Source: Candidatus Latescibacterota bacterium (GTDB lineage Bacteria > Latescibacterota > UBA2968 > UBA8231). From it: a stretch of 64,000 nt of DNA. The notes under the pieces are model-generated. The model had not been told where the DNA came from. It saw nothing but the letters and a program-made list of their open reading frames with translations, and did not search any database. This document shows, in pieces, positions 29,326 through 41,113 of this stretch. The position numbers and the translations under genes were made by a program. The first letter of the stretch is position 1. Each line of letters starts with the position of its first letter. The stretch is taken from contig CBDCXV010000001.1 of the NCBI GenBank assembly GCA_965223905.1, positions 256,001-320,000 on the forward strand, given 5' to 3'.

Positions 29326-30864
29326 ATGTCCGATTCGGCAGGTAGGGGAGGTTTGCGCTGGTGGCCCGCGGCGGCAATCCTCCTTCTCTGTGCCGCCGGC
29401 CTGATCGCAAACGGCCTGCGGGACGTCCCTCACCGTCAGGGCCAGACCTTCGTCGCATTTCAGATCCTTCTCCTGGGACTCCTCGCTCTCGCCGTCTGGT
29501 TGCTCTTCTTCTCGAGGCTGTCCTGGATCCGGCGGTGGCTGTGCCTCGGCATCGCCGCGCTGTTGCTGACGCTGTTCGGGACGCTTTTCCGCATCGAGGG
29601 GGTCAGCGGCGACTTCATCCCCATCCTCGCCTGGAGATGGTCCTTCGGCGATCCCGAACTGCCATCCGGCGCCGCCGGGACAGTCGCGGAAATCAGCGCC
29701 AGTTACCCGCAGTTCCTGGGGCCTGGCCGCAATGCCCGCCTGCACGGCGTACATCTCGATCCGGACTGGCAGCGGCATCCACCCAGGGAACTGTGGCGGC
29801 GCGAGATCGGGGAAGGCTGGTCGGCCTTCGCTGTGGCGAGCGGGCGCGCCGTGACCCAGGAGCAGCGGGGATCGCTCGAAACGGTGGTCTGTTACGACCT
29901 TCTGACAGGCGAGGTGGTCTGGGCTCACGCGGACAGCGCGCGGTATGAATCGACCCTGGCCGGCATCGGACCGCGGGCGACACCGACGATCGCGGGGGAT
30001 CGCGCGTACACGCTGGGGGCCACCGGCATTATCAATTCCCTGGATCTCGAGACCGGACGCCTGCGCTGGTCGCGCGACATCATCGCCGACAACGACGGGA
30101 AAATCCCGACTTGGGGGATCAGCGCGTCCCCCCTGGTTCTCGACAGCCTCGTCGTTGTCAGCGCAGGCGGTGTCGAAGGCCGCTCGCTGGTAGCCTATCA
30201 CGCCGACCGCGGCGACGTCGTCTGGTCAGGGGGGCGGGACCGCGCCGGGTACAGCTCCCCGTCGCTGGCCCTGTTGGCAGGGCGTAGACAGATCCTGGTC
30301 TTTGCCAGCAAGGCCGTGGTTTCGCATTCGCCGCTGAATGGCGAAGTGCTGTGGCGCGAACCCTGGCCGGGCGGCACCGAGTGTGTAGCCCAGCCCGTGC
30401 CTTTGCCCGGGGACCGGCTGCTGGTGTCGAGCGGGTACGGCATCGGCTCCAAGTTGTACGCCGTCGCAGCGACCCCGGGCGGCGGTCTGAGCGCCTCCCT
30501 CAGGTGGGAGTCGCCCCGTCTCAAGGCCAAGTTCACCAACGTCGTGTTCCGCGATGGTTTCATCTACGGGCTGGACGACGGGGTGCTCGTCTGTCTGGAC
30601 CCGGGTTCGGGCAAGCGGCGCTGGAAGAAAGGCCGCTACGGACACGGTCAGCTCATCCTGGTGGAGGACCTGTTGCTTATCCAGGCTGAATCGGGGGATG
30701 TCGTCCTCGTCGAAGCGAACCCGGAGCAGCATGTCGAACGGGGTCGCCTGAAGGCGCTGAGCTCGAAAACCTGGAACAACCCTGCACTTGCAGCACCCTA
30801 TCTGCTGGTTCGCAACAACCAGGAGGCGGCCTGTTTCGAGCTTCCCCTGCAGGAAGGCGCGTAG
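29326..30864 (+). CDS. Membrane-anchored PQQ-like beta-propeller repeat protein
   Basis: Three N-terminal TM segments, YPQFLGPGR, GPRATP, GYSSP, TWNNPAL repeats. Confidence 0.85.
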   Translation: MSDSAGRGGLRWWPAAAILLLCAAGLIANGLRDVPHRQGQTFVAFQILLLGLLALAVWLLFFSRLSWIRRWLCLGIAALLLTLFGTLFRIEGVSGDFIPILAWRWSFGDPELPSGAAGTVAEISASYPQFLGPGRNARLHGVHLDPDWQRHPPRELWRREIGEGWSAFAVASGRAVTQEQRGSLETVVCYDLLTGEVVWAHADSARYESTLAGIGPRATPTIAGDRAYTLGATGIINSLDLETGRLRWSRDIIADNDGKIPTWGISASPLVLDSLVVVSAGGVEGRSLVAYHADRGDVVWSGGRDRAGYSSPSLALLAGRRQILVFASKAVVSHSPLNGEVLWREPWPGGTECVAQPVPLPGDRLLVSSGYGIGSKLYAVAATPGGGLSASLRWESPRLKAKFTNVVFRDGFIYGLDDGVLVCLDPGSGKRRWKKGRYGHGQLILVEDLLLIQAESGDVVLVEANPEQHVERGRLKALSSKTWNNPALAAPYLLVRNNQEAACFELPLQEGA

Positions 30865-30950
30865 CAAGGCAGGTGGTTGTGGAGAGTCTTCGTTGGTCCG
30901 CTTGTCCACGAAGCGATTTCTTCAACCCACTCGCAGAGTGAGAGGTAATA

Positions 30951-32186
30951 ATGAAGGTTACGGCCATCGACATTCATGAAATACAGCTCGAGTACGTCGA
31001 CTGGATCGCCCATCAGCTGAACCACTACTACGGCCCCTCACGGCGCACCATCTACGAGGTGCAGACCGACGAGGGGCTGGTCGGCCTCGGCGAGAGCGGG
31101 CGTACCGAGCCGCAGGAGATCATCGACCAGTACATCGGCACCAACCCCTTCGACTGGATGGGAGACGAGACCTGCCTGGGTCTGGGCACAGCGATGTACG
31201 ACCTGATGGGCAAAGCCGCCGGCGTTCCCGTCTACAAGCTGATCGGACAGAAGTACCGCTCCTGGGTCCCGGTGGGGAGCTGGACCGTGTCTACGCACCC
31301 GGAGCGCATGGCCGAAGCCGTCGCACAATACTCCCGCCAGGGGTACACCTGGCTGAAGTACCACCTGTCCCCGTTCGAGAACGTCTTCGACCAGACCGAG
31401 GCGATGCAGAAGGTGGCACCCCGGGGATTCCGCATTCACTACGACTTCACCATGCACGGCACCGACGATCATCTGCCTGACCTGCTGGAGCGCCTGTCGG
31501 AGTACGAAATCGCCGGCTGTTTCGAAGACCCGCTGCCGCCCGGTGACATCGACGGCTACATCGAGCTGCGCGAGCGCAGCCGGCTGCCGATCGTGCTGCA
31601 TCACTTTCCGCTGGGGGCGACCTACGAGGTTTTCCGCAAGCCTGCCGATGCCTACATGCTCGGCCATGCCCGCATAGGCGACGCCATCCGCAAGGCCGGG
31701 CTGTTCGCCGCCGGCAACAGCCCCTTCATGTTGCAGAACGTCGGGGGCAACATCACGAGGGCGATGACGGTGCACATGATGGCCGCCTTCCCGACCGGCA
31801 CCTTCCACTTCTTCAGCGACTGCGAAACCTGGAAGAGCGACGTCACCAAGGAACGTCCGGAGCCGGTAAACGGGTTTCTGAAAGTGTCGGAAACCCCGGG
31901 CCTGGGAGTGTCACTGGACCGGGATGAGCTGGAGCGCCTGAAGAGCCTCTCCCTGCCGAAGCAGGAGAAGTGGATCATTAAATCGACGTTCGCCAGCGGT
32001 GTGCGCATGTATCACATCGCAGACCCGGACCACTCGATTTTCATGGTGCGGCCCGACCTCAGCCGCATCATTCCCATGAGCTACGACTCGCCGATTTCGA
32101 CCTCCTACTGGGACGACGACGGCAGCCCCGAGTACCGGGCGATGTTCGCGCGCCTCGGGCGCGAGCAGATGGTGCTGGAGAAATAG
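30951..32186 (+). CDS. Mandelate racemase/enolase superfamily enzyme
   Basis: MYDLMGKAAGVPVYKLIG, KYH, FEDP, PGLGV. Confidence 0.82.
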   Translation: MKVTAIDIHEIQLEYVDWIAHQLNHYYGPSRRTIYEVQTDEGLVGLGESGRTEPQEIIDQYIGTNPFDWMGDETCLGLGTAMYDLMGKAAGVPVYKLIGQKYRSWVPVGSWTVSTHPERMAEAVAQYSRQGYTWLKYHLSPFENVFDQTEAMQKVAPRGFRIHYDFTMHGTDDHLPDLLERLSEYEIAGCFEDPLPPGDIDGYIELRERSRLPIVLHHFPLGATYEVFRKPADAYMLGHARIGDAIRKAGLFAAGNSPFMLQNVGGNITRAMTVHMMAAFPTGTFHFFSDCETWKSDVTKERPEPVNGFLKVSETPGLGVSLDRDELERLKSLSLPKQEKWIIKSTFASGVRMYHIADPDHSIFMVRPDLSRIIPMSYDSPISTSYWDDDGSPEYRAMFARLGREQMVLEK

Positions 32187-32212
32187 GCTCGCGCATTGGG
32201 TAACCAAAAAAA

Positions 32213-33168
32213 ATGACCACCTGTTTCCGGCTTGGGTATCTGGTGTTTTTACTTGTCTTTGCCCTTGCAACACTGGCCCCGGTGTCCGCCCACATCGGAG
32301 AGCGTATTTTCCCTTTTTATGAAATAGTTGACGAAAATCTGATCGATGTAACCGATGGACGGATCGACGAATGGGAAGACCTGTTCGAAGAGCCTTCCCT
32401 GACCGCGCTCGTTTCACTTTCATCCCCAACCCCGCTGCCTCGGATCTTGAAAGCGATGCTCCGGCGGTGCAGTACGACCCGTCCAATCTGGACTTTCGCA
32501 TCTGGCTGGGCTGGAACGACGCCAGCGAACACATCTACATAGCTGCCCAATTCGTCGACGATCGCTTTCTTCGGCGACAGCGTCGCCTACCCGGACGCAT
32601 TCCTCTTTCAGATCGCATCGGTCTCTTTGTCGACGGCGATCACGACGGTTCGCCGCAAAGTGACGACACGTGCCATTACTCCGAGGACGGCGGCATCTGT
32701 GACCAGGCGACCCAACTTTACGAGGCCATTCCGGTCAGCCCCGAGACCCCGAATCTGGACCTGTCCGCTACCGGCCGCTTCGGCGACTGGTGGAGCCGTC
32801 CTCCTTACGGGGACGGGGGCGGCTCGGCCAACGGGGAGAACCCCACCGTCTGGGTCGTTGAATTCTACGTAACCGCATTCGACATGCTGCTCTGGAAGGA
32901 GCCGGAAAACAGTCTCGTTTCAGACCTCCGTGCAGACGAAATCATAGGGTTTTCAGTTAACGTGAACGATGTCGACCTGGACAGTGACGATGGGATTAGG
33001 CGGATACAGGATTTATACGTCCTCGGGAGCTTTTCAGGTTTTCACGAGCTGCTGGGAACCCTGCAATTGTCGGATGGCATTCTTCTTCCCGCAGCCTCGG
33101 CAGGAGATGACGGGTCTGTCGCAGAAGGAACGACCTGGGGTCGCATCAAAGCCAGTCTGGCGCCGTAG
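32213..33168 (+). CDS. Secreted protein with CBM9/DOMON-like features and C-terminal TWGRIK motif; frameshift near 32412
   Basis: Signal peptide ...PVSA/HIGE; joined frames read PSLTAL(D)FTFIPNP...FRIWLGWND..IYIA..VDD...IGFSVNVNDVD...TTWGRIKASLAP. Confidence 0.65.
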
Positions 33169-33212
33169 CATCCCGGCCGGGCGGCGATGATCCCTCGATC
33201 CCTCTTCGGCTC

Positions 33213-34157
<945 letters not shown>

Positions 34158-34233
34158 TCAGCTACCCTTGCAGCCCCGAAGACTGCGTTCGCCGCACCAC
34201 ACTGTCAACACGAAAACCGCCGCAACATTCCGC

Positions 34234-35227
34234 ATGAAGATCGGTACCCGCATCAGTCCCGACTGGCTGGAACGGCCGGAAGATCTGTGCTTCCTCAAGC
34301 AGATCGGAGTCGACTGCGTCGACATCACCATGCCGCTGGTTCCCGGCTATCGAGAAGCGGGCGGCCGTTTGAGCCGCGAGGGTCGAGACCAGTGCCTCGA
34401 GGTCATCGAGGGTGCCGGAATGAAAATCGAACGCATCAACAGCCTTCACGAGGAAACCCTCGACACCTTCCTGGGCCGCGACGGCTCCGAGGTCGAGCTC
34501 GAGGCCCTCGCCCATAATGCAGAGCTCTGCGGAGAGTACCGGTTTCCCGTGCTCGGAGTCCAGTGCTTTCAGGCCCACCTGTTCAGCGGGCGCCCGCGGG
34601 ATACCGTGCACTGGGTCGAAGGGCGGGGGGGGATCCCGATTCTACCGCAACGACCTCGCGAATGCTCTCGACTACCCGGTACCGGATGGCGCCCCGAGCC
34701 ATGAGGAGATATGGGAGCGCACTCTGAAGATCTTCCGAACCGTCGTTCCGATCGCCGAGAGCGCCGGCATCAAGGTGGCGATGCACGGCAACGATCCTCC
34801 GGTCCCGCGCCTGTGGGAGGTGCCGCAGATCCTCTACAACTTCGACGCCTTCGACCGGCTGTTCTCCGAAGTGCCGTCCCCAAGCAACGGCATGACGTTC
34901 TGCGTCGGCACCCGCTACGAGTCGGGAGAGGACGTGCTCGAGGGGATTCGTCGCTTCGGAGAGCAGGGGAAAATCTTCCACGTCCACTTCCGCAACGTGC
35001 ACGGAACCATTCCCGAAAACGGCTGGTACGAGGAGCGTTTCCCCGACGACGGAGATCTGGCGATGGCCGAGGTGGCCAAGGCCCTGTGGGAGATCGGCTA
35101 CGAGGGGGCCATCGACTACGATCACATCCTGAAACTTTCGACCGACGACGAGCACGGGCGCCAGTACCTGGCCTACTGCGTCGGCCACATGAAGGGGATT
35201 CTCGAAGGGCTCGCCGCCGGCAGGTGA
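34234..35227 (+). CDS. Mannonate dehydratase (UxuA)-like protein; frameshift in G8 run 34625-34632
   Basis: FLKQIGV, GRGG, MHGNDPP, NGMTFCVG, HVHFRNV, YDH motifs across two frames. Confidence 0.8.
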
Positions 35228-35252
35228 GCCGGACCCGGAATCGAGCACAGCC

Positions 35253-36641
35253 ATGACCGATATCGTCACTGACCTCAGCGACCCCCAGATTGTCGCCGCA
35301 GCCCTGCGGCGCGCCACCGAGGAGTACGTCGCCCGCCATCCGCGGTCCCGCGCTATGTTTGAGCGCGCCCGTCAATCGCTGCCGGGCGGAAACACCCGCA
35401 CCGGCGTCAACTTCGCGCCGTTTCCTCTTTACGCCGACAGCGGCGAAGGTCCCTACCTGCACGATCTCGACGGCCACCGGCTGCTCGACTTCGTCAACAA
35501 CGCGACCGCGCTGATTCTCGGGCACGCCCACCAGGACGTCGTCGAGGCGCTGCAACAGCAGGTCGCCCGCGGAACGGCTTTTTCCCGGCCGACTGCTCTC
35601 GAGGTGGAGATGGCGGAGCTGCTACGAGAGCGCATGCCGGCGCTGGAAAGAGTCCGCTTCTGCAGCTCGGGAAGCGAAGCGGTCCTAAACTGCCTGCGCG
35701 CAGCCCGCGCCGCCACCGGCAGGAGCTGGACCGCAAAGTTCGAGGGCGCCTACCACGGCATCGACGATCAGGCGCTGGTCAGCTACGCCGTTCCGGTCGG
35801 CCCCGACCTCGGGCCCGGCAACCGTCCCCGTTCGGTTCCGGGGTCAGAGGGATTGAACGCCGGCGTCGAGGACCATGTTCTCGTACTTCCGTTCAACGAA
35901 GCCGGGGTCGCGGAAAGGCTGATAGAAGAGCACGCCGGAAAGCTCGCCTCCGTCATTATCGACCCTGTCTCCACGGCAGCCGGCCTCACCCATCCAGTGG
36001 AGGGTTTTCTTAAGCGGCTCCGGACAATCACTGAACGCCACGGCATACTGTTGATCTTCGACGAGATCGTCAGCTTCCGCGCCGGCCCGGGGGGCGCGCA
36101 CACCCTCTACGGCATCCGTCCCGATCTCGTCTGCCTGGGCAAGGTCATCGCCGGTGGAACAGCCGGGGCCGCGTTCGGCGGCAAAGAAGCGGTGATGGCC
36201 CTTTTTGACCCGGGATCCGGTTCCCCGCGCATCTGGCAGTCCGGTACCTTCAACGCAAATCCCATCGCCCTCACCGCCGGCCTCGTCACCCTGCGCACCA
36301 TGACGCCGGAAGCCTACGCCGAGTTGCATGCGACGACGGATCGGATCGGCCGATCCCTGCAGGCCTTGTTCGACGAAATCGGCATTTCCGCCCGGGTGGT
36401 GACCATCGGATCCCTGTTCCGGGTCTACTTCCTGCCCGAGGTTCCCCGCGATTACCGCGAGGCAGCCCGCGACGATTCCGCCCTGCACCAGTGGCTGTTC
36501 CTCAGCCTGATCAACCGGGGCGTGTACTGGCGCAACAAGGGGATATGCGGCGTATCCCTTCCGACCGGGCCCGAGCACGTCGACTTCCTGATCGATGCGG
36601 TCCGCGGCGTTCTGACCGACGGCGACGGTCCGCTGTCGTAG
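35253..36641 (+). CDS. Class III aminotransferase (GSA-aminomutase-like)
   Basis: LPGGNTR, KFEGAYHG, LIFDEIVSFR, PDL..LGKVIAGG, SGTFNANP. Confidence 0.9.
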   Translation: MTDIVTDLSDPQIVAAALRRATEEYVARHPRSRAMFERARQSLPGGNTRTGVNFAPFPLYADSGEGPYLHDLDGHRLLDFVNNATALILGHAHQDVVEALQQQVARGTAFSRPTALEVEMAELLRERMPALERVRFCSSGSEAVLNCLRAARAATGRSWTAKFEGAYHGIDDQALVSYAVPVGPDLGPGNRPRSVPGSEGLNAGVEDHVLVLPFNEAGVAERLIEEHAGKLASVIIDPVSTAAGLTHPVEGFLKRLRTITERHGILLIFDEIVSFRAGPGGAHTLYGIRPDLVCLGKVIAGGTAGAAFGGKEAVMALFDPGSGSPRIWQSGTFNANPIALTAGLVTLRTMTPEAYAELHATTDRIGRSLQALFDEIGISARVVTIGSLFRVYFLPEVPRDYREAARDDSALHQWLFLSLINRGVYWRNKGICGVSLPTGPEHVDFLIDAVRGVLTDGDGPLS

Positions 36642-36650
36642 GAATCAGCC

Positions 36651-38150
36651 ATGTCCGGTCGTATCGCCGTCGGCTCCGTTCTCACCGAGTGCAACCACAT
36701 CGGCGGCTCCCCCATAGACCTCGACTGGTTCGAGCGCTACGATCTGCAGTACGGCGACGAAATGCTGAGCCTGGACTCCGGGGTAGTGGGCGGAGGGCTG
36801 ACGGTATTGCGGGAGTCCGGCTGCGACATCGCCCCCTTGCTGAACGCCAGCACCTGCCCGGGAGGTTACCTCACCGCCTCCTGCTACGACACCCTCAAAA
36901 GCGAGCTGCTGCACAGGCTCCGGGATGCGCTTCCTGTCGACGGCGTTCTGCTGCTGCTGCACGGCGCGGCCGCGGCCGAAGGAATCGACGACCTCGAGGG
37001 GGACCTGATCGCCGCGGTGCGCGAAAGCGTGGGGGACGAGGTCCCGATTGTCGCCACCCTCGACTTGCACGCCCACGTGTCCGCTGCCATGGTTCGCAGT
37101 GCCGACGCGCTGGTGGCATGGGAGACGTACCCTCACCGGGATGCATTCTCCACCGGGCAGCGCGGGGCCCGCCTGCTGGTCGACGCCGTCGCCGGGCGCT
37201 GCCGCCCGACCATGGCGATGGCCAAAGTGCCGGTGCTCACCGGCGGGGTCCGCGGCGCCACTGCAGCGGATGAACCGTTCGGCCGCCTGATGACCTTCGG
37301 CAAACGGTTCGAGCAGGCCGACGGAGTGCTTTCGGTCTCCGTCTTCCTCGTCCACCCCTATCTCGACGCTCCCGGAATGGGAAGCGGGGGCCTGGTCGTC
37401 ACCGATGGCGACCTCGAAAAAGCGAAAGGGCTGGCGCAACAGATTGCAGATCGATACTGGCAGGCGCGGCACGATCTCGAGCAGGAAACCCATTCCCCGG
37501 CCGAAGCGATCGAACGCGGCCTGCAAACGGCAGGCGGTCCCGTGCTGCTCGTCGAAGCGGCCGACTGCGCCGGCGGCGGAGCGAGCGGAGACAGCGTGGC
37601 GACCCTCAAGGCGCTGCTGGCCCTGGGAGACAACGCCCCGGATTCGCTGGTTCCCGTCGTCGACCCGGAGGCCGCGGCCCGCTGTCACGGGGCGGGGGTC
37701 GGCGCCGAGCTCACCCTGGATCTCGGGCACCGCCTCGATCCCAAGTGGGGAAATCCAGTGCAGGTGAGGGGGCGGATCGTGCACCTGAGTGACGGCAAGT
37801 TCCGTTATGCCGGCGGCATCTGGGACAACGTCGAGGGAGACATGGGTCCGAGCGCGGTGTTCGCCGTCGGTCGTATTCGCGTGCTTGTCAACACCCACGC
37901 CACCTACGACTGGGCGGACGAACAATTCCGCAGCGTCGGCATCGACCCGCAGGCGGCCAAGTTCGTCGTCGTGAAAAACCCCATGAACTTCCGCAACGTC
38001 TACGCCGATGTCGCGGCCGCCATCTTCATTCTCGATACCCCCGGCCCGACTCCGGCCTCGGTTCGCAACGTGGCTTTCCGCAAGCTCCAGCGTCCCTACT
38101 TCCCGGTGGACATCGACATTCCGGACTTGCGCCCGACGATTCTCAGCTGA
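36651..38150 (+). CDS. M81 family metallopeptidase (MlrC-like)
   Basis: E.N, LLLHGA, TLDLHAH, TYPHRD, D..GGG..GD, VVKN. Confidence 0.9.
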   Translation: MSGRIAVGSVLTECNHIGGSPIDLDWFERYDLQYGDEMLSLDSGVVGGGLTVLRESGCDIAPLLNASTCPGGYLTASCYDTLKSELLHRLRDALPVDGVLLLLHGAAAAEGIDDLEGDLIAAVRESVGDEVPIVATLDLHAHVSAAMVRSADALVAWETYPHRDAFSTGQRGARLLVDAVAGRCRPTMAMAKVPVLTGGVRGATAADEPFGRLMTFGKRFEQADGVLSVSVFLVHPYLDAPGMGSGGLVVTDGDLEKAKGLAQQIADRYWQARHDLEQETHSPAEAIERGLQTAGGPVLLVEAADCAGGGASGDSVATLKALLALGDNAPDSLVPVVDPEAAARCHGAGVGAELTLDLGHRLDPKWGNPVQVRGRIVHLSDGKFRYAGGIWDNVEGDMGPSAVFAVGRIRVLVNTHATYDWADEQFRSVGIDPQAAKFVVVKNPMNFRNVYADVAAAIFILDTPGPTPASVRNVAFRKLQRPYFPVDIDIPDLRPTILS

Positions 38151-38151
38151 C

Positions 38152-38927
38152 ATGGTTTCCAGGCAGATACTGCTTGCGATGCTGTTCCCGGCCGTTGCCG
38201 CTGCCGAAGAGGAGCGCAGAACGGCACCCATCCCCGAACCAAAAAGAGCGCAGGTCAAACCGCCTCGCGCCGTGGTCACCCTCGACTATCCGCTGGCTCG
38301 CGAGGGGACCGACCGTCTGGCCGCGGCGGTGCCTGAGCTTCTCGGGTTTTCAACACCGAAACGGGCCGCCGGGAACCGGTTTCCTGGCGCGAGGAAAGCA
38401 TGGCCGATCCGCAGTTCGCCGGAGCTTTGTTGATATACCTGACCGGCAACGCCGCTGATCTCACCGTTTCCGAGACCGCCAAATCCAGGCTGGGACAGTA
38501 CCTGAAGGGTGGCGGCCTGCTGTTCGCCGAAGACATCAGACCTGCCAACCTGCCCCCCTGGCGGCGGCGCGGAGCAGGCCTGGAAGGCACTCCTTTCGAC
38601 CGCCAGTTCAAGCAATTGGTGAAAGACCCGCAGGTGCTGGGAAACGCGGGAGCCCACTGGGAACCGATCCCCAAATCCCACTCGCTCTACGACTGCTACT
38701 TCCGCTTCTCCGACGGACCGCCTCTTTCCGCAGCGCCGATGGGGATGGTCACCCAGCTCGAAATGCTGCAGATCCGCGGCCGTGTCGGCGTCATCTTCAG
38801 CGATCTCAGTATCACCTGGGCATGGGGAGACCCCACTGCCCAAAACCACACCCTGGCGATGCAGTTCGGCGCCAACCTGCTCGTCTTCGCGATGACCCGG
38901 CACGCTGCAGGAGTTCCCCTGAGGTGA
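38152..38927 (+). CDS. DUF4159-like exported protein; frameshift near T4 run 38347-38350
   Basis: Signal peptide; YLTG, YLKGGGLLFAED, H.LY, GRVGVIFSD, FGANL. Confidence 0.65.
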
Positions 38928-40039
38928 AGCCTTACCGCGTCGCCATCATCGGCACCGGCCGTGTCGGCTACCAGTTCAGCTTCGGCGATCTTCCCGACAA
39001 TCACGCCGAGGCGGTCGCCCATCACCCGCGCTGCGAACTCGCAGCGGGTGTCAACAGGGGCCGCGAAAAGTTGGAGGCATTCGGCGACCGCTTCGGCGTC
39101 TCCGCCCTCTTCCACGACTACGAAGAGATGCTGGACCAGGTCGGTCCCGACATCTGCATCGTCGCCACGCACCCGGAACTCCACTGTGAAATGGTCGCCG
39201 CCTGCGCCGCGGCACCGGCGACCAGGGCGGTGATCTGCGAGAAGCCGATGGCCCTTTCACTGGGAGAGTGCGACCGCATGATCGCCACATGCGAAGAGAA
39301 CGATACCCTGCTGCAGATCAACCACAACCGCCGCTGGTCTCCAGAGTGGACCCTGGCCCACAGCCTGGTTCGACAAGGGGCCATCGGAGAGCTCAACGCC
39401 ATCTACTGCTGCATGGATGGCTGCAAACCGACCCCCTCCTGGCGCAGCGACAACGAAGGCCCGTTGCTTCACGATGTCACCCACTACTTCGACATGATGG
39501 ACCTGTTCGCCGGTGAGGTCGATTGGTTGTGCGGCATGGCCGAGCAGCGGCGGCGGCCCTGGGCGGTCGAGGACTTCACAGGGGCCTTCCTGAAATTCCG
39601 CAACGGCGTTACTGCTGTCTTTCAGGCCTCCGAGCTCACCGAGTACAGCGACAACGCTTTCGAGCTGCGCGGGTCGACCGGGATCATTCGCATGATCTCG
39701 GAACACGTGCAATTGTACCAGTCACATCCGGGAGATTTCGAGCCGGAAAGCGGCTTTCAGTGGAGCGCCCTGCAACCCGCCGACATCGAGCACCCGGAGC
39801 CGGCATCGAGTTATTCCGTGGCTTTGGACGAGCTGCTGGGGGCTCTCGATGCCGGAGGTTCGCTGCGAAGCGACGGAGTTGTCGGCAAGCGCTCTCTCGA
39901 GGTGGTGATGGCGATCTACGAGTCGCAACTGGCCGGCAACCGACCGGTCCTTTTCCCGGTTGCCGAGTCCGAATCAGGGGTGGAGCGGCTTCGCGCCACC
40001 GGGTGGTTCGCGCCGCGAAGCGATTCCGCTTCGGACTGA
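38924..40039 (+). CDS. Gfo/Idh/MocA oxidoreductase
   Basis: IIGTGRVG, CEKPMA, NHNRRW, HDVTHYFD; GTGA overlap. Confidence 0.9.
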   Translation: MKPYRVAIIGTGRVGYQFSFGDLPDNHAEAVAHHPRCELAAGVNRGREKLEAFGDRFGVSALFHDYEEMLDQVGPDICIVATHPELHCEMVAACAAAPATRAVICEKPMALSLGECDRMIATCEENDTLLQINHNRRWSPEWTLAHSLVRQGAIGELNAIYCCMDGCKPTPSWRSDNEGPLLHDVTHYFDMMDLFAGEVDWLCGMAEQRRRPWAVEDFTGAFLKFRNGVTAVFQASELTEYSDNAFELRGSTGIIRMISEHVQLYQSHPGDFEPESGFQWSALQPADIEHPEPASSYSVALDELLGALDAGGSLRSDGVVGKRSLEVVMAIYESQLAGNRPVLFPVAESESGVERLRATGWFAPRSDSASD

Positions 40040-40135
40040 TGCAAACTGTGGCGGCAGGGGACCAGCCTTCCGGCCGCGACCCTGCCTGATCTGCTGGGAC
40101 ACCCCTTCGTCGACATCGCCGAGAAACAAGGGCTG

Positions 40136-41113
40136 TTACGCGGTTCTGTCGGCTGCTCCCCATCGCGTCGCAACGACGGCGTCGATGAAGATCTGTCCAA
40201 GGTGGAAAGTGATGCACGGAATCGCCACCAGCCCCTTTACGTCGCTCGCCAGTACTTCTTCGGGGATGAGTGCCAGAACCGTCATCGCCACGGGCAGTGT
40301 TTTCTGGCTGGCGAGCAGCACCACCGCCTTGCGGGCAGCCACCTCTACCCCCAGGAATCCGCAGACGGCGGCATTCAGAATCAGGTAAAGGATGTGGATC
40401 GCCAGTCCCGCCGCTATGAGGACGACAAGGCTCAGAAGGGCGATCTGGGCCAGCGCCGCGGAGGACTCGCTGAATTTCATCCAGGGAACCGATATCAGGG
40501 CGAGGTTGCTGATCGACGTGATCTGCGAGCGGTGCCTGCCAACCAAGGCGGCGACAAAGCGGCGAGCGTAGCGGCCGGCCGAAAGGGGCAACAGGATTGT
40601 CAGGCAAAGCTTGAACAGCAGATCGACCGCGGATAGCTCCACCTGTCCGAGTGTTCCCAGAAGGTGGGCGAGTACGAACGGTACCGTGAAAATCCCCAGA
40701 AGGTTGGTCGCCACGGTCAGCAGCAGCGCCAGGGCTACGTTGCCGCGCGCCTGCTGCGTCAGCGCAATCCCCGACGACAGGGTGGTCGGCATGCAGCAGA
40801 ACAGGGCCAGGCCTAGCTGAAAGTCTGCCTCGACAGGGATCTTAAACGCGAGGACGACTCCGATTACCGGAGTGACGAAAAGAATCGATACAATGCCCCA
40901 CCCCGATGCGCGCCACGCTGAGAAGGCTGCCTGGATCTCGTCGGTCCGAAGCAGCAACCCCGAGCAGAAGAAAATGATGCTTACGGCGACGTACTGCGTG
41001 GGCAGGGTGCCCATGTACCTTCCTGGTTCGGGCCATGCCAGTCCGACTGCCGCCGCACACAGCAAGCCGGCAGGCAACATCTGGCGCTTAAGAAACGACA
41101 GGATTGCGCTCAT
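40136..41113 (-). CDS. Bile acid:sodium symporter family transporter
   Basis: IFFCSGL.L, CMPTTLSSG..LT..A.GN, SQKTLP, HLGQ. Confidence 0.88.
   Translation of the reverse strand: MSAILSFLKRQMLPAGLLCAAAVGLAWPEPGRYMGTLPTQYVAVSIIFFCSGLLLRTDEIQAAFSAWRASGWGIVSILFVTPVIGVVLAFKIPVEADFQLGLALFCCMPTTLSSGIALTQQARGNVALALLLTVATNLLGIFTVPFVLAHLLGTLGQVELSAVDLLFKLCLTILLPLSAGRYARRFVAALVGRHRSQITSISNLALISVPWMKFSESSAALAQIALLSLVVLIAAGLAIHILYLILNAAVCGFLGVEVAARKAVVLLASQKTLPVAMTVLALIPEEVLASDVKGLVAIPCITFHLGQIFIDAVVATRWGAADRTA

Noticed and set aside
35253-36641. hemL, given its proximity to hemF
   Set aside because: Divergent from true HemL motifs and embedded in a catabolic operon, so left as class III aminotransferase
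36651-38150. Microcystin degradation cluster
   Set aside because: Only an MlrC-like M81 peptidase is present; no mlrA/B/D
36645-38279. 544-aa minus-strand ORF and many other long antisense or alternate-frame ORFs
   Set aside because: Shadow ORFs of well-supported genes in high-GC DNA; no recognisable motifs
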